64,000 bases of DNA from Acutalibacteraceae bacterium (GCA_045580545.1 JAZNOA010000007.1:65007-129006); one strand, 5' to 3'. Positions 53,403-64,000 are shown, counted from the first letter of the stretch. Numbers and translations are program-made. The notes: generated by a model from the sequence alone, not told the origin.

Positions 53403-53934
53403 TCGGCGACAGCGGATTTTGAAGCATATAATATGCGTTTTCAAAGTCCGCTGATTTTTTGTCGGTTGCGGGGTAATTAAGTTTTATATACACGGTGTCG
53501 GTTTTTCTTTCTCTTAAAATATCACCTTTAAGTTTTTTTATTAAAAGAACAGCCTTTTTATTAAGAGCGATTTTTCCGCATATAACAATATTTCCGCAAA
53601 TTTCTAAAATCTTTATATATTCGGCATTGATACATATATTTAAAAGCATGGAAGTGTATGGTTTAATATCAAGCAGTCGGTTCCCTCTAATGTTTATTTT
53701 ATAGTTAAATTTCTTCTTTAGAATTACCGCTGTGAACAGTTGGGAAGAATATTTTTCAAGATTTATCGGGGCTATATTATCTTTGGCGGTTAAACATTCA
53801 AATTCATAAATTTTTTTGAGTTTTTCCGCAGTTTTATTTGTAATGCCGTGATCAAATATAAATTTTTGATATAGCAAACGCAAAGATGACGCATAATTTT
53901 CAAATTTATTGGGGAAATATATCAATTTTAACAC
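53380..53934 (-). CDS. Hypothetical protein
   Basis: 184-aa ORF. Its end overlaps the convergent upstream gene by 23 nt. Confidence 0.45.
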   Translation of the reverse strand: MLKLIYFPNKFENYASSLRLLYQKFIFDHGITNKTAEKLKKIYEFECLTAKDNIAPINLEKYSSQLFTAVILKKKFNYKINIRGNRLLDIKPYTSMLLNICINAEYIKILEICGNIVICGKIALNKKAVLLIKKLKGDILRERKTDTVYIKLNYPATDKKSADFENAYYMLQNPLSPINLYLPD

Positions 53935-54063
53935 CTCAAACTACTAATATATTATGCCAATATAGAAAAAATTTAAAATTTATGTTAAAAAGTTCACAAA
54001 TTACTTGCAAAACCCGACGGAATAGGGTATAATGTTTAAAGAAAATTTTAGGAGGTAATTCCA

Positions 54064-55074
54064 ATGGTTAAAGTTGCTATTAACGGTTTCGGTCGCATCG
54101 GTCGTCTTGCTTTCCGTCAGATGTTCGGTGCAGAGGGTTATGAGGTAGTTGCTATCAACGACCTTACCAGCCCAAAAATGCTCGCTCACTTGCTTAAGTA
54201 CGATTCTGCTCAAGGTAGATATGATCTTGCAGATACCGTTGTTGCCGGTGAAGACAGCATCACAGTTGACGGTAAGACAATCAAAATTTATGCTGAGAAA
54301 GACGCTAAGGATCTTCCTTGGGGCGAAATCGGCGTAGACGTTGTTCTTGAGTGCACAGGTTTCTACTGCTCTAAAGAGAAGTCACAGGCTCACATTGATG
54401 CCGGTGCTAAAAAGGTTGTTATTTCTGCTCCTGCAGGCTCTGACCTTAAGACTATCGTTTACAGCGTAAACGAAAAGACTCTTTCTGCTGATGATACCAT
54501 CATCTCTGCTGCTTCTTGCACAACCAACTGCTTGGCTCCCATGGCCGATACTTTGAATAAGTATGCTCCCATCCAGAGCGGTATTATGACCACCGTTCAC
54601 GCATGGACAGGTGACCAGATGGTTCTTGACGGTCCCCACAGAAAGGGCGACCTTCGTCGTGCACGTGCTGCTGCTTGCAACATCGTTCCTAACTCTACCG
54701 GTGCTGCTAAGGCTATCGGTCTTGTTATCCCTGAACTCAACGGCAAACTTATCGGTTCTGCTCAGCGTGTTCCTGTTCCCACAGGTTCAACCACTATCCT
54801 TGTTGCAGTTGTTAAGGGTAAAGACATTACTAAGGAAGGCATCAATGCTGCTATGAAGGCTGCATCTTCTGAGTCCTTCGGTTATACTGAAGAAGAACTC
54901 GTTTCTTCTGATATTATCGGAATTAAGTACGGTTCTTTGTTCGATGCAACTCAGACAATGGTTACTAAGATTGATGACGATACCTATCAGGTACAGGTTG
55001 TTTCTTGGTATGACAACGAGAACAGTTACACCAGCCAGATGGTTCGTACTATTAAGTACTTCGCTGAAATCTAA
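54064..55074 (+). CDS. gap: Glyceraldehyde-3-phosphate dehydrogenase
   Basis: INGFGRIGR and the active site [12 protein letters not shown]. Confidence 0.95.
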   Translation: MVKVAINGFGRIGRLAFRQMFGAEGYEVVAINDLTSPKMLAHLLKYDSAQGRYDLADTVVAGEDSITVDGKTIKIYAEKDAKDLPWGEIGVDVVLECTGFYCSKEKSQAHIDAGAKKVVISAPAGSDLKTIVYSVNEKTLSADDTIISAASCTTNCLAPMADTLNKYAPIQSGIMTTVHAWTGDQMVLDGPHRKGDLRRARAAACNIVPNSTGAAKAIGLVIPELNGKLIGSAQRVPVPTGSTTILVAVVKGKDITKEGINAAMKAASSESFGYTEEELVSSDIIGIKYGSLFDATQTMVTKIDDDTYQVQVVSWYDNENSYTSQMVRTIKYFAEI

Positions 55075-55184
55075 TCTTAAAAACTTTAGACCTCCCTTTT
55101 GGGAGGTCTCAGTCTGTAGAAAAATCTATATTCACTATTTTTTGCGGCGGTCAGCCGCATTTTTGTTTTTCTGGCGACATGTGC

Positions 55185-55239
55185 GGCAGAAAAACTCCTT
55201 ATAAGCGAAAACCGTTATTAAAGCGGTTTTCAAGGGCAC
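55185..55239 (+). repeat. About 54-bp intergenic repeat, copy 2
   Basis: ggcagaaaaactccttataagcgaaaaccgttattaaagcggttttcaagggcac. Confidence 0.7.
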
Positions 55240-55287
55240 GTGGGTGGCATTCCCGCCAAAAGAGTGTCGACTTTATCGAAACTCTCA

Positions 55288-55315
55288 GTCCTCCCGTTTG
55301 GGAGGTCTTTTTTTG
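55288..55315 (+). terminator. Intrinsic terminator
   Basis: cctccc gttt gggagg followed by tcttttttt. Confidence 0.55.
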
Positions 55316-55320
55316 ATTAG

Positions 55321-55393
55321 ATTCTTCGTCGCATTGCTCCTCAGAATGACAGTAAAAACTAAATTGCTATGTCATTCTGAGGAAGCGAAGAAT
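55321..55393. repeat. Long imperfect palindrome (cattctgagga-type repeat hairpin)
   Basis: attcttcgtcgcattgctcctcagaatgaca ... tgtcattctgaggaagcgaagaat. Confidence 0.6.
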
Positions 55394-55418
55394 TTTATAA
55401 AAAATGTATTAAGGCTTT

Positions 55419-57200
55419 TTATGATAACCTATTTGCCATTTGATAGAAATTGTAATAAATTCCTTTTTGCTCCATAAGTTCATTATGATTGCCTTCTTCG
55501 GCAATGCCCTTGTCGGTCAGCACCAAAATTCGGTCGGAATTTCTAATTGTGGAAAGTCTGTGGGCAATGGTAAGGGTTGTTCTGCCTTCGCTAAGGCGGG
55601 CAAGGGACCGGGCTACAATATATTCACTTTCATTGTCAAGCGCGCTTGTGGCTTCGTCTAAAATTATCATAGGCGGATTTTTAAGGAATACACGGGCAAT
55701 GCTGATTCTCTGCTTTTGTCCGCCGGAAAGTTTAACACCACGCTCACCTACATAGGTATCATATCCGTCCTTTAGTTCTCTTATAAACTCGTCGGCACCT
55801 GCCTTTTTTGCCGCCTCTATTACCTCTTCACGGGTAGCACTTGGTTTACCGTAGGCAATATTTTCAAAAACCGTTCCCGAAAAGAGATAAACGTCCTGCT
55901 GAACAATACCGATATTCTGTCTTAAAGATTTGAGGGTATAGTTTTTGATGTTCTCGCCGTCCAGAAAAATTTCACCCTCGGTAACATCATAAAAACGGGG
56001 AATCAGATTGCAAAGGGTGGTTTTGCCTCCGCCCGACGGACCTACAACGGCAATCTTTTCACCGCTTTTAATCTCAAGGTTAAGCCCTGTGAAAACTCGG
56101 TTGTGGTCATCAGGGTATTCAAAGGAAACATTTTTAAATTCAATGTTGCATTTGGGGTTCCTGAGAGGTTTGGCGTTTGGCTCGTCAAATATTTCAATAT
56201 CAGCGTCCATTATCTGCAAAAATCTTTCAATGCCCGTCATACCTCTTTGAAACTGCTCGGAAAATTCAATTATACGTCTCACGGTTGCGATAAATGTGGT
56301 AACGTACAAAAGGTATGCCACAAGGTCACCCACATTGATTTTGCCACTAATCATAAACAGACTGCCGGCAATTACCACAACCGCATAGATAAGTCCGTCA
56401 AAAAGCCTTGTTGAAGTGGAGAAAGCACCCATATATCTATAAGAAAGTTTTTTAACATCAAAAAACTGTTTGTTGTTACCGTCAAATTTTTTCTGCTCCA
56501 AATCTTCGTTAGCGAATGCTTTAACAACGCTCTGACCTAAAAGAGAGTCCTCAATACGGGCATTTAATTCACCTGTTATCTGCCTTTGCTCACGGAATGT
56601 CCGTTTCATTCTTCGGCTTAATTTTCCGCAAATTATCAGCATCAAAGGAATAATTGCAAAGATTATAAGGGTTAGGGGGACATTTATGTTTATAAGAATA
56701 ATAAATGATGCAATTCCTTTAATTCCCGCAATGAAAAATTCCTCGGGGCAATGGTGGGCAAATTCCGTAACATCAAAAAGGTCATTGGTAATGCGACCCA
56801 TTATTTGACCGATTTTCGTGTTATTAAAATAGGTGTTGGAAAGTTTTTGCAGATGTGCATAGGCATCATGTCTCATAGCAGTTTCCATTTTTGTGCCCAT
56901 AACGTGACCTGCGTAGGACATATAATAAAATGCTGCCGCATCAATAAGACGAAGCACAATGTAAAGTCCGCCGATTCTCAGAACGTATTCCACAGTCAAT
57001 GCGGCGAAATTTTCCACTCCTGTGTTGGTAATGTTTCTCATAATAAGGGGCAGTACTATTTCGCAAATCGTAGTAAGGGCGGCACAAAAAAGGTCGGTGA
57101 TTACCACCCTTATATTGTTTTTGTAATAAGGCAGGAACCTTTTAATCAGTTCCCTTGATTTATATTTTTTAGTGTTTTCCATAATAAACCTCAAAGGCAC
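55419..57200 (-). CDS. ABC transporter, fused permease/ATP-binding protein (exporter type)
   Basis: Six-TM N-terminus. Walker A GPSGGGKTT, signature LSGGQKQR, Walker B IILDEATS. Confidence 0.9.
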   Translation of the reverse strand: MPLRFIMENTKKYKSRELIKRFLPYYKNNIRVVITDLFCAALTTICEIVLPLIMRNITNTGVENFAALTVEYVLRIGGLYIVLRLIDAAAFYYMSYAGHVMGTKMETAMRHDAYAHLQKLSNTYFNNTKIGQIMGRITNDLFDVTEFAHHCPEEFFIAGIKGIASFIILININVPLTLIIFAIIPLMLIICGKLSRRMKRTFREQRQITGELNARIEDSLLGQSVVKAFANEDLEQKKFDGNNKQFFDVKKLSYRYMGAFSTSTRLFDGLIYAVVVIAGSLFMISGKINVGDLVAYLLYVTTFIATVRRIIEFSEQFQRGMTGIERFLQIMDADIEIFDEPNAKPLRNPKCNIEFKNVSFEYPDDHNRVFTGLNLEIKSGEKIAVVGPSGGGKTTLCNLIPRFYDVTEGEIFLDGENIKNYTLKSLRQNIGIVQQDVYLFSGTVFENIAYGKPSATREEVIEAAKKAGADEFIRELKDGYDTYVGERGVKLSGGQKQRISIARVFLKNPPMIILDEATSALDNESEYIVARSLARLSEGRTTLTIAHRLSTIRNSDRILVLTDKGIAEEGNHNELMEQKGIYYNFYQMANRLS

Positions 57201-57223
57201 CCTTAGGGTGCCTCAAAAATTAC

Positions 57224-57640
57224 TTATTTTGCTTCTGATTCGCAGTAAAGGCAACGGTAAACCCTGTTTTCTTTATCCGCAAGGGTGAAAATGTGGTCAA
57301 GTTCCTGCTCGGTTCCTGTTATGCAACGGGGATTTTTGCACTTAATAACATTTGTAAGCCTCTCGGGTAGTTCGATTGTCTTCTTTTCTACAATTTTACC
57401 GTCCTTAATAATGTTAACGGTGATGTCGGGGTCAACATATCCGAGAATTTCCATATTGACCTCAAAATCGCTGTCGATTTTAATAATATCCTTGCGGCCG
57501 GTCTTTCGGCTGGGGGCATTTTTAATAAGTGCCACCGAAGAATCAAGACAGTCAAGATTTAAAAGTTCGTAAATCCGCATACCCTTGTGGGCGGTAATAT
57601 GGTCAATAACAATTCCGTTTTTAATTGAATCAACGTTCAT
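57224..57640 (-). CDS. pyrI: Aspartate carbamoyltransferase regulatory subunit
   Basis: IKNGIVIDHI and the C-terminal zinc cluster CKNPRCIT...YRCLYCE. Confidence 0.9.
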   Translation of the reverse strand: MNVDSIKNGIVIDHITAHKGMRIYELLNLDCLDSSVALIKNAPSRKTGRKDIIKIDSDFEVNMEILGYVDPDITVNIIKDGKIVEKKTIELPERLTNVIKCKNPRCITGTEQELDHIFTLADKENRVYRCLYCESEAK

Positions 57641-58552
57641 TTATTTAACCTCCAATAACTTTAAAATCAATGCCATTCTCATATATTTTCCGTTTAAAAC
57701 CTGATCGAAATAGCAGGCTCTCGGGTCTTTATCAATAGCGACGCTTATTTCGTTAACACGGGGCAGGGGATGGAGAATTGACAAATCGGACTTTGCATTG
57801 TGTAGTTTTTCGGGGGTTAAAATATAACTGTCCTTAAGCCGTAAATACTCTTCCTCGTTAAAGAAACGCTCCCTTTGAACCCTCGTCATATAAAGAATGT
57901 CAAGGGTTGGCATAACCTTTTGTAAATCGGTGGTTTCGGTAAATGTTATGCCCTTCGCTGACAAGTTTTGCTTAATATATTCGGGAAGAACCAATTCTTT
58001 GGGAGAAATCAGCACAAAGTTAACATTTTCATATCGGCTGAGAGCCGCAATAAGAGAATGAACTGTTCTGCCGAACTTAAGGTCACCGCAAAGTCCCACG
58101 GTTAAATTATCAAAACGTCCCTTTTCGCGGTGAATTGTCAGCAAATCGGCAAGGGTCTGGGTTGGGTGATTATGTCCGCCGTCGCCTGCGTTGATAACAG
58201 GTATGGAAGCATTGAGGGATGCCACAAGGGGAGCACCCTCCTTAGGGTGACGCATGGCGATAATATCCGCATAACAACTAACGGTTTTAGCAGTGTCGGC
58301 AACGCTTTCGCCCTTTGCCGCAGAAGAACTTTGGGACTCGCTAAAGCCCAAAACATTTCCGCCCAGTTCATACATAGCCGCCTCAAAACTAAGCCTTGTA
58401 CGGGTGGAGGGCTCGAAAAACAGGGTTGCCAACTTCTTGCCATCGCACTTGTGGGCATACTTTTCAGGATTTGCAATAATATCGTCCGCCGTATTTATAA
58501 GTTCTTCTAACTCCTCGGTGGAAAGTTCTAAAATATCAATTAGACTTCTCAT
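57641..58552 (-). CDS. pyrB: Aspartate carbamoyltransferase catalytic subunit
   Basis: [17 protein letters not shown] and HPLPRV motifs. Confidence 0.95.
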   Translation of the reverse strand: MRSLIDILELSTEELEELINTADDIIANPEKYAHKCDGKKLATLFFEPSTRTRLSFEAAMYELGGNVLGFSESQSSSAAKGESVADTAKTVSCYADIIAMRHPKEGAPLVASLNASIPVINAGDGGHNHPTQTLADLLTIHREKGRFDNLTVGLCGDLKFGRTVHSLIAALSRYENVNFVLISPKELVLPEYIKQNLSAKGITFTETTDLQKVMPTLDILYMTRVQRERFFNEEEYLRLKDSYILTPEKLHNAKSDLSILHPLPRVNEISVAIDKDPRACYFDQVLNGKYMRMALILKLLEVK

Positions 58553-58577
58553 TATTTAAAAATCCTTTCCTAAAGTT

Positions 58578-59234
58578 TTATTCTTTCGCACCGTTGACCT
58601 CTAAGTATTTCTTAATTCTGTCAACATTTTCTCTGTGTTTAGGGTCTTCTTCTAAGTATTCGATAATATCATAAACATCCACAACAGAGTAAACGGGGAA
58701 GCCGAATTCCTCACCGACTTCAGCCATAGCACTCTTTTCGGTCTGACCTTTCTCTTTGCGGTCAACCATAACGAATACGGCGGAAACCTTACTGTCCTTT
58801 AAGGAGGAAAGGATAGACATACTCTCTCTAATTGCCGTTCCTGCGGTGATAACATCTTCAACAATAACGATTTCTTCGCCGGCAGTGGGTTTGTATCCCA
58901 CGAACACACCGCCCTCACCGTGGTCTTTTTCCTCTTTTCTGTTAAAGAAGAAGGGAACATCTAAGCCGTTTTTGGCAAGTGCCACTGCCACCGATACGGC
59001 AATAGGAATACCTTTATAGGCGGGTCCGTAAAGAACGGTCCTTTTTTTACCCACCTTTTCAAAGTATGCCTTGGCGTAAAATTCACCTAATTTGCAGATT
59101 TGCTCGCCTGTTTTAATTTCACCGGCATTGATGAAATAGGGAATTTTTCTGCCCGATTTTGCGGTGAAGTCGCCAAACTTTAAAACACCGGCACCCTCTA
59201 AAAATTCAATAAATTCTCTTTTATAACTTTCCAT
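58578..59234 (-). CDS. pyrE: Orotate phosphoribosyltransferase
   Basis: PRPP motif IVIVEDVITAGTA, in pyr operon context. Confidence 0.9.
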   Translation of the reverse strand: MESYKREFIEFLEGAGVLKFGDFTAKSGRKIPYFINAGEIKTGEQICKLGEFYAKAYFEKVGKKRTVLYGPAYKGIPIAVSVAVALAKNGLDVPFFFNRKEEKDHGEGGVFVGYKPTAGEEIVIVEDVITAGTAIRESMSILSSLKDSKVSAVFVMVDRKEKGQTEKSAMAEVGEEFGFPVYSVVDVYDIIEYLEEDPKHRENVDRIKKYLEVNGAKE

Positions 59235-59247
59235 TTTAATTTCTCCT

Positions 59248-59610
59248 TTATAAAGCGGTTAAAATTATAACAACTAACAAAACAATGATAGAAACGGTAC
59301 TTAATATTAACCCTGCGGTTTTCTTTTTGAGCTTACAACCTTTGCTATGTGAAACAATACCAAAAATAAAAGATAAAACCCCAAAAATCATTATGTATAC
59401 AGCCATTGCTATTGTGGCAGCTTTAGGCATATCTGGTTCAGAAATAGTTGTAAGCATTGGGATTGAATATACACAAGAAATTATACCTAAAACCAAACTT
59501 GCTATTGCAAAACCTTTGCCTTTTTTCTTTAAAGGATAGCCACAATTTGGACAGGCTTTGGCTTGGTCGGAAATTTCTTTGCCACATTCTTTACAAGTAA
59601 TTAGTGCCAT
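59248..59610 (-). CDS. Zinc-ribbon membrane protein
   Basis: N-terminal CKECGKEISDQAKACPNCG followed by three TM segments. Confidence 0.6.
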   Translation of the reverse strand: MALITCKECGKEISDQAKACPNCGYPLKKKGKGFAIASLVLGIISCVYSIPMLTTISEPDMPKAATIAMAVYIMIFGVLSFIFGIVSHSKGCKLKKKTAGLILSTVSIIVLLVVIILTAL

Positions 59611-59623
59611 TTTCTTCTCCGTA

Positions 59624-60322
59624 TTATCCTATAAATTCTGCACAGCATCTTTCATATGCTGCAACGGGGTCTTCTGCGGCAGTAATAGGTCTGCCAACCA
59701 CGATATAGTCACTGCCTATCTTCTTAGCATCTGCGGGGGTCATAACCCTTTTTTGGTCACCTTTGTCACCGTCGGCAAAACGGACACCGGGGGTAACAGT
59801 CAAGAAATTTTCACCGCAGATACCGTGTACCTTTTCGGCTTCGAGGGGTGAGCAAACAACACCGTCAAGCCCTGCCTTTGCGGCATTTGAAGCGTAATGC
59901 ATAACAACCTTGTCAATAGGTTCTTTGATTAGCAGGTCATTTTCCATTCGCTCTTGATCGGTGGAGGTGAGTTGGGTAACGGCAATAAGCAAGGGTCTTG
60001 TACCGTCGGGACGGGTAAGTCCTTCCAACGCCGCCTCCATCATAGAAACAGTGCCTGCGGCGTGGAGATTGGTCATATCCACATCAAGTCGGGACAAAAC
60101 TGCCATTGACTTTTTAACCGTGTTGGGAATATCGTGGAGTTTTAAATCCAAGAAGATTTTATGACCTCTTGCTTTAATCTCTCTAACAATTTCCGGTCCT
60201 TCGGCATAAAAAAGTTCCATACCGATTTTAACAAAAGGTTTTCTGTCTTGGAATTTATCCAAAAAGTTTAAAACTTGCTCCTTGCTTGCAAAATCGCAAG
60301 CCACTATAACGTCCTTACCCAT
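59624..60322 (-). CDS. pyrF: Orotidine 5'-phosphate decarboxylase
   Basis: [12 protein letters not shown] motif and VVGRPI near the C-terminus. Confidence 0.9.
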   Translation of the reverse strand: MGKDVIVACDFASKEQVLNFLDKFQDRKPFVKIGMELFYAEGPEIVREIKARGHKIFLDLKLHDIPNTVKKSMAVLSRLDVDMTNLHAAGTVSMMEAALEGLTRPDGTRPLLIAVTQLTSTDQERMENDLLIKEPIDKVVMHYASNAAKAGLDGVVCSPLEAEKVHGICGENFLTVTPGVRFADGDKGDQKRVMTPADAKKIGSDYIVVGRPITAAEDPVAAYERCCAEFIG

Positions 60323-61232
60323 TGTGTGCTCCTCCTATAATTTCAGTTAAACTGTGAATTCCGTATTTATCCATAACCATAGGTAAATTCTTAATGATTG
60401 TTTTGCAAGCAAAGGGGTCCACAAGATTGGCGGAGCCAACCTCAACTGCGGTAGCACCTGCAAGCATCATTTCAATAACATCTTCGGCAGTAGAAATACC
60501 GCCCATACCCACAATGGGTATTTTAACGGCTTCATAAACCTGATATACCATTCTGAGTGCTACAGGTTTAATTGCGGGGCCTGAAAATCCGCCTGCTTTG
60601 TTGGCAAGTATAGGCTTTTTGGTTTTAAGGTTAATTCTCATTCCCAAAAGGGTGTTTATAAGACTTACACCGTCTGCCCCCTCGCTTTCACAAGCCTTCG
60701 CAATCTCAGTAATGTCTGTAACATTAGGGGAAAGTTTGATAATAACGGGTTTTGTTGTAACCTTTTTAACCGCCTTTGTAACAGCGGCAACGTTTTTGGG
60801 GTCGGTGCCGAAGGCTAAACCGCCTCCGTGAACATTGGGGCAGGAAACATTAACTTCAAACCAACCGATTTGTGCCTCTTGGTCCAACTTTTCACAGGTA
60901 TAGGCGTAATCCTCAACCGAAAAACCGCTGACATTCGCCATAACCGGCTTCTTAAAGCAGGCTTTAAGACGGGGCAGTTCTTCACTGATAACCTTATCAA
61001 CACCGGGATTTTGAAGTCCCACAGAGTTTAGCATACCGCAGGGTGTTTCGGCGATTCTGGGTGTGGGGTTGCCGAAACGAGGTTCTTTGGTAGTGCCCTT
61101 AAAAGAAAATGTACCCAGTAGGTTAATATCGTAATTCATAGCGAATTCATAACCGAAACCGAAAGTACCGCTGGCGGGAATAACGGGGTTATCAATATCA
61201 ATTCCGCAAAGATTAACCTTTGTGTTTACCAT
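60315..61232 (-). CDS. pyrD: Dihydroorotate dehydrogenase, class 1B catalytic subunit
   Basis: [19 protein letters not shown] and GGISTAEDV. Confidence 0.9.
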   Translation of the reverse strand: MVNTKVNLCGIDIDNPVIPASGTFGFGYEFAMNYDINLLGTFSFKGTTKEPRFGNPTPRIAETPCGMLNSVGLQNPGVDKVISEELPRLKACFKKPVMANVSGFSVEDYAYTCEKLDQEAQIGWFEVNVSCPNVHGGGLAFGTDPKNVAAVTKAVKKVTTKPVIIKLSPNVTDITEIAKACESEGADGVSLINTLLGMRINLKTKKPILANKAGGFSGPAIKPVALRMVYQVYEAVKIPIVGMGGISTAEDVIEMMLAGATAVEVGSANLVDPFACKTIIKNLPMVMDKYGIHSLTEIIGGAHNG

Positions 61233-61960
61233 ATAATTTCCTCCCTTTCAAGAACGGGACCGTCCTTACAAATTCGCTTGTTGCCGTATTTGGTTTTGCA
61301 ACTGCAACCCATACAGGCACCGAAACCGCAACCCATACGTTCCTCAAAACTGTACTGCCCGCTGGTTTTAACTGTGTTTTCTATTGCCCTAAACATCGGC
61401 ATAGGTCCGCAGGTATAGAAATAGTCATATTCCAAATCTTTCATAGCATCGGTAACAAAACCCTTAATACCGTAACTTCCGTCAACGGTTGTGACATAAA
61501 CATCTACCCCTAAAAGTTTGAACACTTCTTCGTAGAAAACTTCACTTTTTGTGTTAAAACCTAAAATAACGGTGGGCTTTTTGCCGAACTTAATAAGTTC
61601 TTTGCAAAGACCGTATAAAGGGGGAATACCCACGCCCCCGCCTATAACCAATGGGGTTTTGCAATCGTTCTCGGCGTTAAATCCGTTGCCGAGTCCGACT
61701 AATAAATCTAAAGTTTCACCCGCAGTCATCTGTGACAGTTTTTCGGTGCCTTCACCCACAACCTTATAAATTATGGTTATGGTTTCTCTGTCATAATCAG
61801 AGACCGAAATGGGTCGGCGAAGATAGAGACCGTCAATCTTAATATTAACGAACTGACCGGGGGACAAAAGAGCGGAAGTATCGCCCTTTAGCACCATTCT
61901 GAAAACACCCGGCGCCAACTGGAAATTGAAAAGAATTTCATAAATTCCTTGCTTCATCAT
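61226..61960 (-). CDS. pyrK: Dihydroorotate dehydrogenase electron-transfer subunit
   Basis: FAD/NAD-binding fold plus the C-terminal 2Fe-2S cluster CGFGACMGCSC. Confidence 0.9.
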   Translation of the reverse strand: MMKQGIYEILFNFQLAPGVFRMVLKGDTSALLSPGQFVNIKIDGLYLRRPISVSDYDRETITIIYKVVGEGTEKLSQMTAGETLDLLVGLGNGFNAENDCKTPLVIGGGVGIPPLYGLCKELIKFGKKPTVILGFNTKSEVFYEEVFKLLGVDVYVTTVDGSYGIKGFVTDAMKDLEYDYFYTCGPMPMFRAIENTVKTSGQYSFEERMGCGFGACMGCSCKTKYGNKRICKDGPVLEREEIIW

Positions 61961-61972
61961 AAAATTATCACC

Positions 61973-64000
61973 TTAAGCATCAATAGTTGAAATTGTTATT
62001 GTGTTTTCATCCAATACGTCGAGTAAAACCCTGACTGTATCAAGAGAGGTAAAGATTGTAACATTGTTATCGGTAGCACATCTGCGGATTTCGTAACCGT
62101 CACTCATATTTCCGGTCGAACTGATATCCCTTGTATTGATTACATAAGCGATATGACCTTGACGGATAGCCTCCGGAATTTCATCACTGTTTTCTCCGAT
62201 TTTCTTGAGAATATGGGTGCGAATTCCGTTTTTCTTAAGAAATTCTGCAGTGCCCTTGGTCGCCTGAATGTTAAATCCTAAGTTATAGAAACGGCGGATT
62301 AAGGGAAGGGCCTCCTCCTTGTCGTCATCCGCAATGGTGGCAAAAACAGTACCGTAGTTTTGAAGTTTCATTCCGCTTGCCTGCAAAGCCTTGTAGAGTG
62401 CACGGTTAAGTTTATCGTCATAACCGATGGCTTCGCCGGTAGACTTCATTTCAGGGGAAAGATATGCATCAAGCCCTCTGATTTTGTTAAATGAGAATAC
62501 GGGAACTTTTACATAGTAACGGTTTCTTTCTTCGGGATATATTTCGAAGATGCCCTGTTCTTTCAAGGACTTGCCGAGAATTACCTCGGTGGCAATATCT
62601 GCAAGACTGTATCCCGTTGCCTTTGAAAGGAAGGGAACGGTACGGGATGAACGGGGGTTAACCTCGATAATAAACACATTATCGTTTTTATCTACTATAA
62701 ACTGAATATTGTAAAGACCCACAATGCCGATACCGAGACCCAATTTTTTGGCATATTGGAGAATAATGCCCTTAACCTTGTCGGAAATGCTGAAGGTGGG
62801 GTATACGCTTATGGAGTCGCCGGAGTGGATACCCGTTCTTTCAACGAGTTCCATAATACCGGGAACAAACACATCCTTTCCGTCACAAATGGCGTCGATC
62901 TCAACCTCTTTACCAAAGATATATTTATCAACCAAAACCGGCTTATCTTCGTCGATTTCAACGGCAGTTTTAAGATAATGCCTTAACTGTTCCTCATCGG
63001 CAACAATCTGCATAGCACGGCCGCCCAAAACAAAGGAGGGACGAACTAAAACAGGGTAACCGATTTCATTTGCGGCGGCAACACCGTCCTCAATAGTGGT
63101 AACGGCTTTACCCTGAGGCTGAGGAATATTCAAGGATTTAAGTACTTTTTCAAAACTGTCTCTGTTTTCGGCTCTTTCAATGGCGGCACAATCGGTACCT
63201 ATAATCCTAACGCCGTGCTTCATAAGAGGCTCGGCTAAGTTAATGGCAGTTTGACCGCCAAGAGAAGCAATAACACCCTCAGGCTTCTCAAACTCGATAA
63301 TGTTCATAACATCCTCGGTGGTAAGAGGTTCAAAATACAGTTTATCAGAACAGGTGTAGTCGGTGGAAACGGTTTCGGGGTTGTTGTTGATGATAATAGC
63401 CTCGTAACCCGAATTTTTAATTGTGGTAACGGCGTGAACGGTGGAATAGTCAAACTCAACACCCTGACCGATACGGATAGGTCCTGCACCTAAAACTATA
63501 ATCTTCTTACTGTCGGTAAGAACAGATGCATTCTCACCTTGATAAGATGAGTAGAAATAGGGAATATATGCATTTGTATGGCAGGTGTCAACCATTTTGT
63601 AAACGGGGAAGATATTGTTTTCCTTTCTAAGGTCAAATACTTCACGCTCGGTAACATTCCAAAGCGAGGCAATGATTTTATCGCTAAAGCCCATAACCTT
63701 TGCGTCTTTCAGCACCTTAACATCGCCTTTGTTTTGGGCGACAACAGACTCCATTTTAACAATGCCCTCAAGACATTTGAGGAAGTATTCGGTAATCTGT
63801 GTTATCTTATGAAGTTGGGCGGTGGAAACACCTAAACGAATAAGTTGAGCAACCGCAAAGATGGTATCATCCTTAAATTCCTTGATATAATCAAGCAACT
63901 CTTCCTTAGACATATCTTTGAATTTTGGAAGATAGAAATGGTTAGCACCGTTTTCCAAAGAACGAACGGATTTGAGCAAACATTCTTCCAAGGTGGAGCC
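61973..64000 (-). CDS. carB: Carbamoyl-phosphate synthase large subunit (C-terminal about two thirds; continues beyond the window end)
   Basis: Second ATP-grasp domain (VLGAGPIRIGQGVEFDY, IIEVNPRSSRTVPF) and MGS-like C-terminus. The frame is open to position 64000. Confidence 0.9.
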   Translation of the reverse strand, partial: GSTLEECLLKSVRSLENGANHFYLPKFKDMSKEELLDYIKEFKDDTIFAVAQLIRLGVSTAQLHKITQITEYFLKCLEGIVKMESVVAQNKGDVKVLKDAKVMGFSDKIIASLWNVTEREVFDLRKENNIFPVYKMVDTCHTNAYIPYFYSSYQGENASVLTDSKKIIVLGAGPIRIGQGVEFDYSTVHAVTTIKNSGYEAIIINNNPETVSTDYTCSDKLYFEPLTTEDVMNIIEFEKPEGVIASLGGQTAINLAEPLMKHGVRIIGTDCAAIERAENRDSFEKVLKSLNIPQPQGKAVTTIEDGVAAANEIGYPVLVRPSFVLGGRAMQIVADEEQLRHYLKTAVEIDEDKPVLVDKYIFGKEVEIDAICDGKDVFVPGIMELVERTGIHSGDSISVYPTFSISDKVKGIILQYAKKLGLGIGIVGLYNIQFIVDKNDNVFIIEVNPRSSRTVPFLSKATGYSLADIATEVILGKSLKEQGIFEIYPEERNRYYVKVPVFSFNKIRGLDAYLSPEMKSTGEAIGYDDKLNRALYKALQASGMKLQNYGTVFATIADDDKEEALPLIRRFYNLGFNIQATKGTAEFLKKNGIRTHILKKIGENSDEIPEAIRQGHIAYVINTRDISSTGNMSDGYEIRRCATDNNVTIFTSLDTVRVLLDVLDENTITISTIDA

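Noticed and set aside
55244-55477. 77-aa plus-strand ORF between gap and the ABC transporter
   Set aside because: It is made up of translated terminator and palindromic repeat sequence (..CHSEEAKNF..), a typical spurious ORF of this repeat class.
58130-58559. ORFs of 126, 112 and 88 aa overlapping pyrB
   Set aside because: They are alternative or antisense frames within a clearly identified pyrB gene.

Overview
Chromosomal segment of a low-GC, endospore-forming Firmicute, probably Clostridia. Housekeeping genes present are spoIIE, sleB, rplM-rpsI, gap, a carB-pyrKDFEBI operon, a fruR-fruK remnant and a glycoside-utilisation cluster. The main feature is a ~26 kb AT-rich insertion (about 2796-28749) with almost all genes on the minus strand. 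It sits between the two halves of a tRNA-Pro(UGG) gene broken in the anticodon loop. The halves share a 10-bp core and re-assemble into a perfect cloverleaf. The insertion carries its own intact tRNA-Pro(UGG), two tandem tyrosine integrases, two excisionase-type HTH genes and densely packed defence cargo. The cargo comprises a GHKL ATPase fused to a TIR-like domain and coupled to a Dcm methylase; a retron (PRTase-like + wHTH + msr/msd + RT); a SIR2 + DUF2971 pair; a short peptide deformylase; a block with three further C5-methyltransferases (one fused to Vsr) and candidate endonucleases; a GIY-YIG protein; SWIM and EF-hand-like small proteins; and a DUF2806 protein. The best candidates for undescribed systems are the Dcm/GHKL-TIR-like pair and the SIR2/DUF2971 pair. 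Outside the island there are an 8x zinc-ribbon-repeat nuclease-like protein, an unusual array of mini-hairpins alternating with a GTATATCATCA motif, a 215-bp hairpin-mosaic MITE-like repeat family (two inverted full copies and one mini copy next to a truncated fruA), and a decayed GH2 gene. No CRISPR array, rRNA, phage structural genes or conjugation genes were seen. All domain calls come from motifs read by eye in the translations; no database search was possible.
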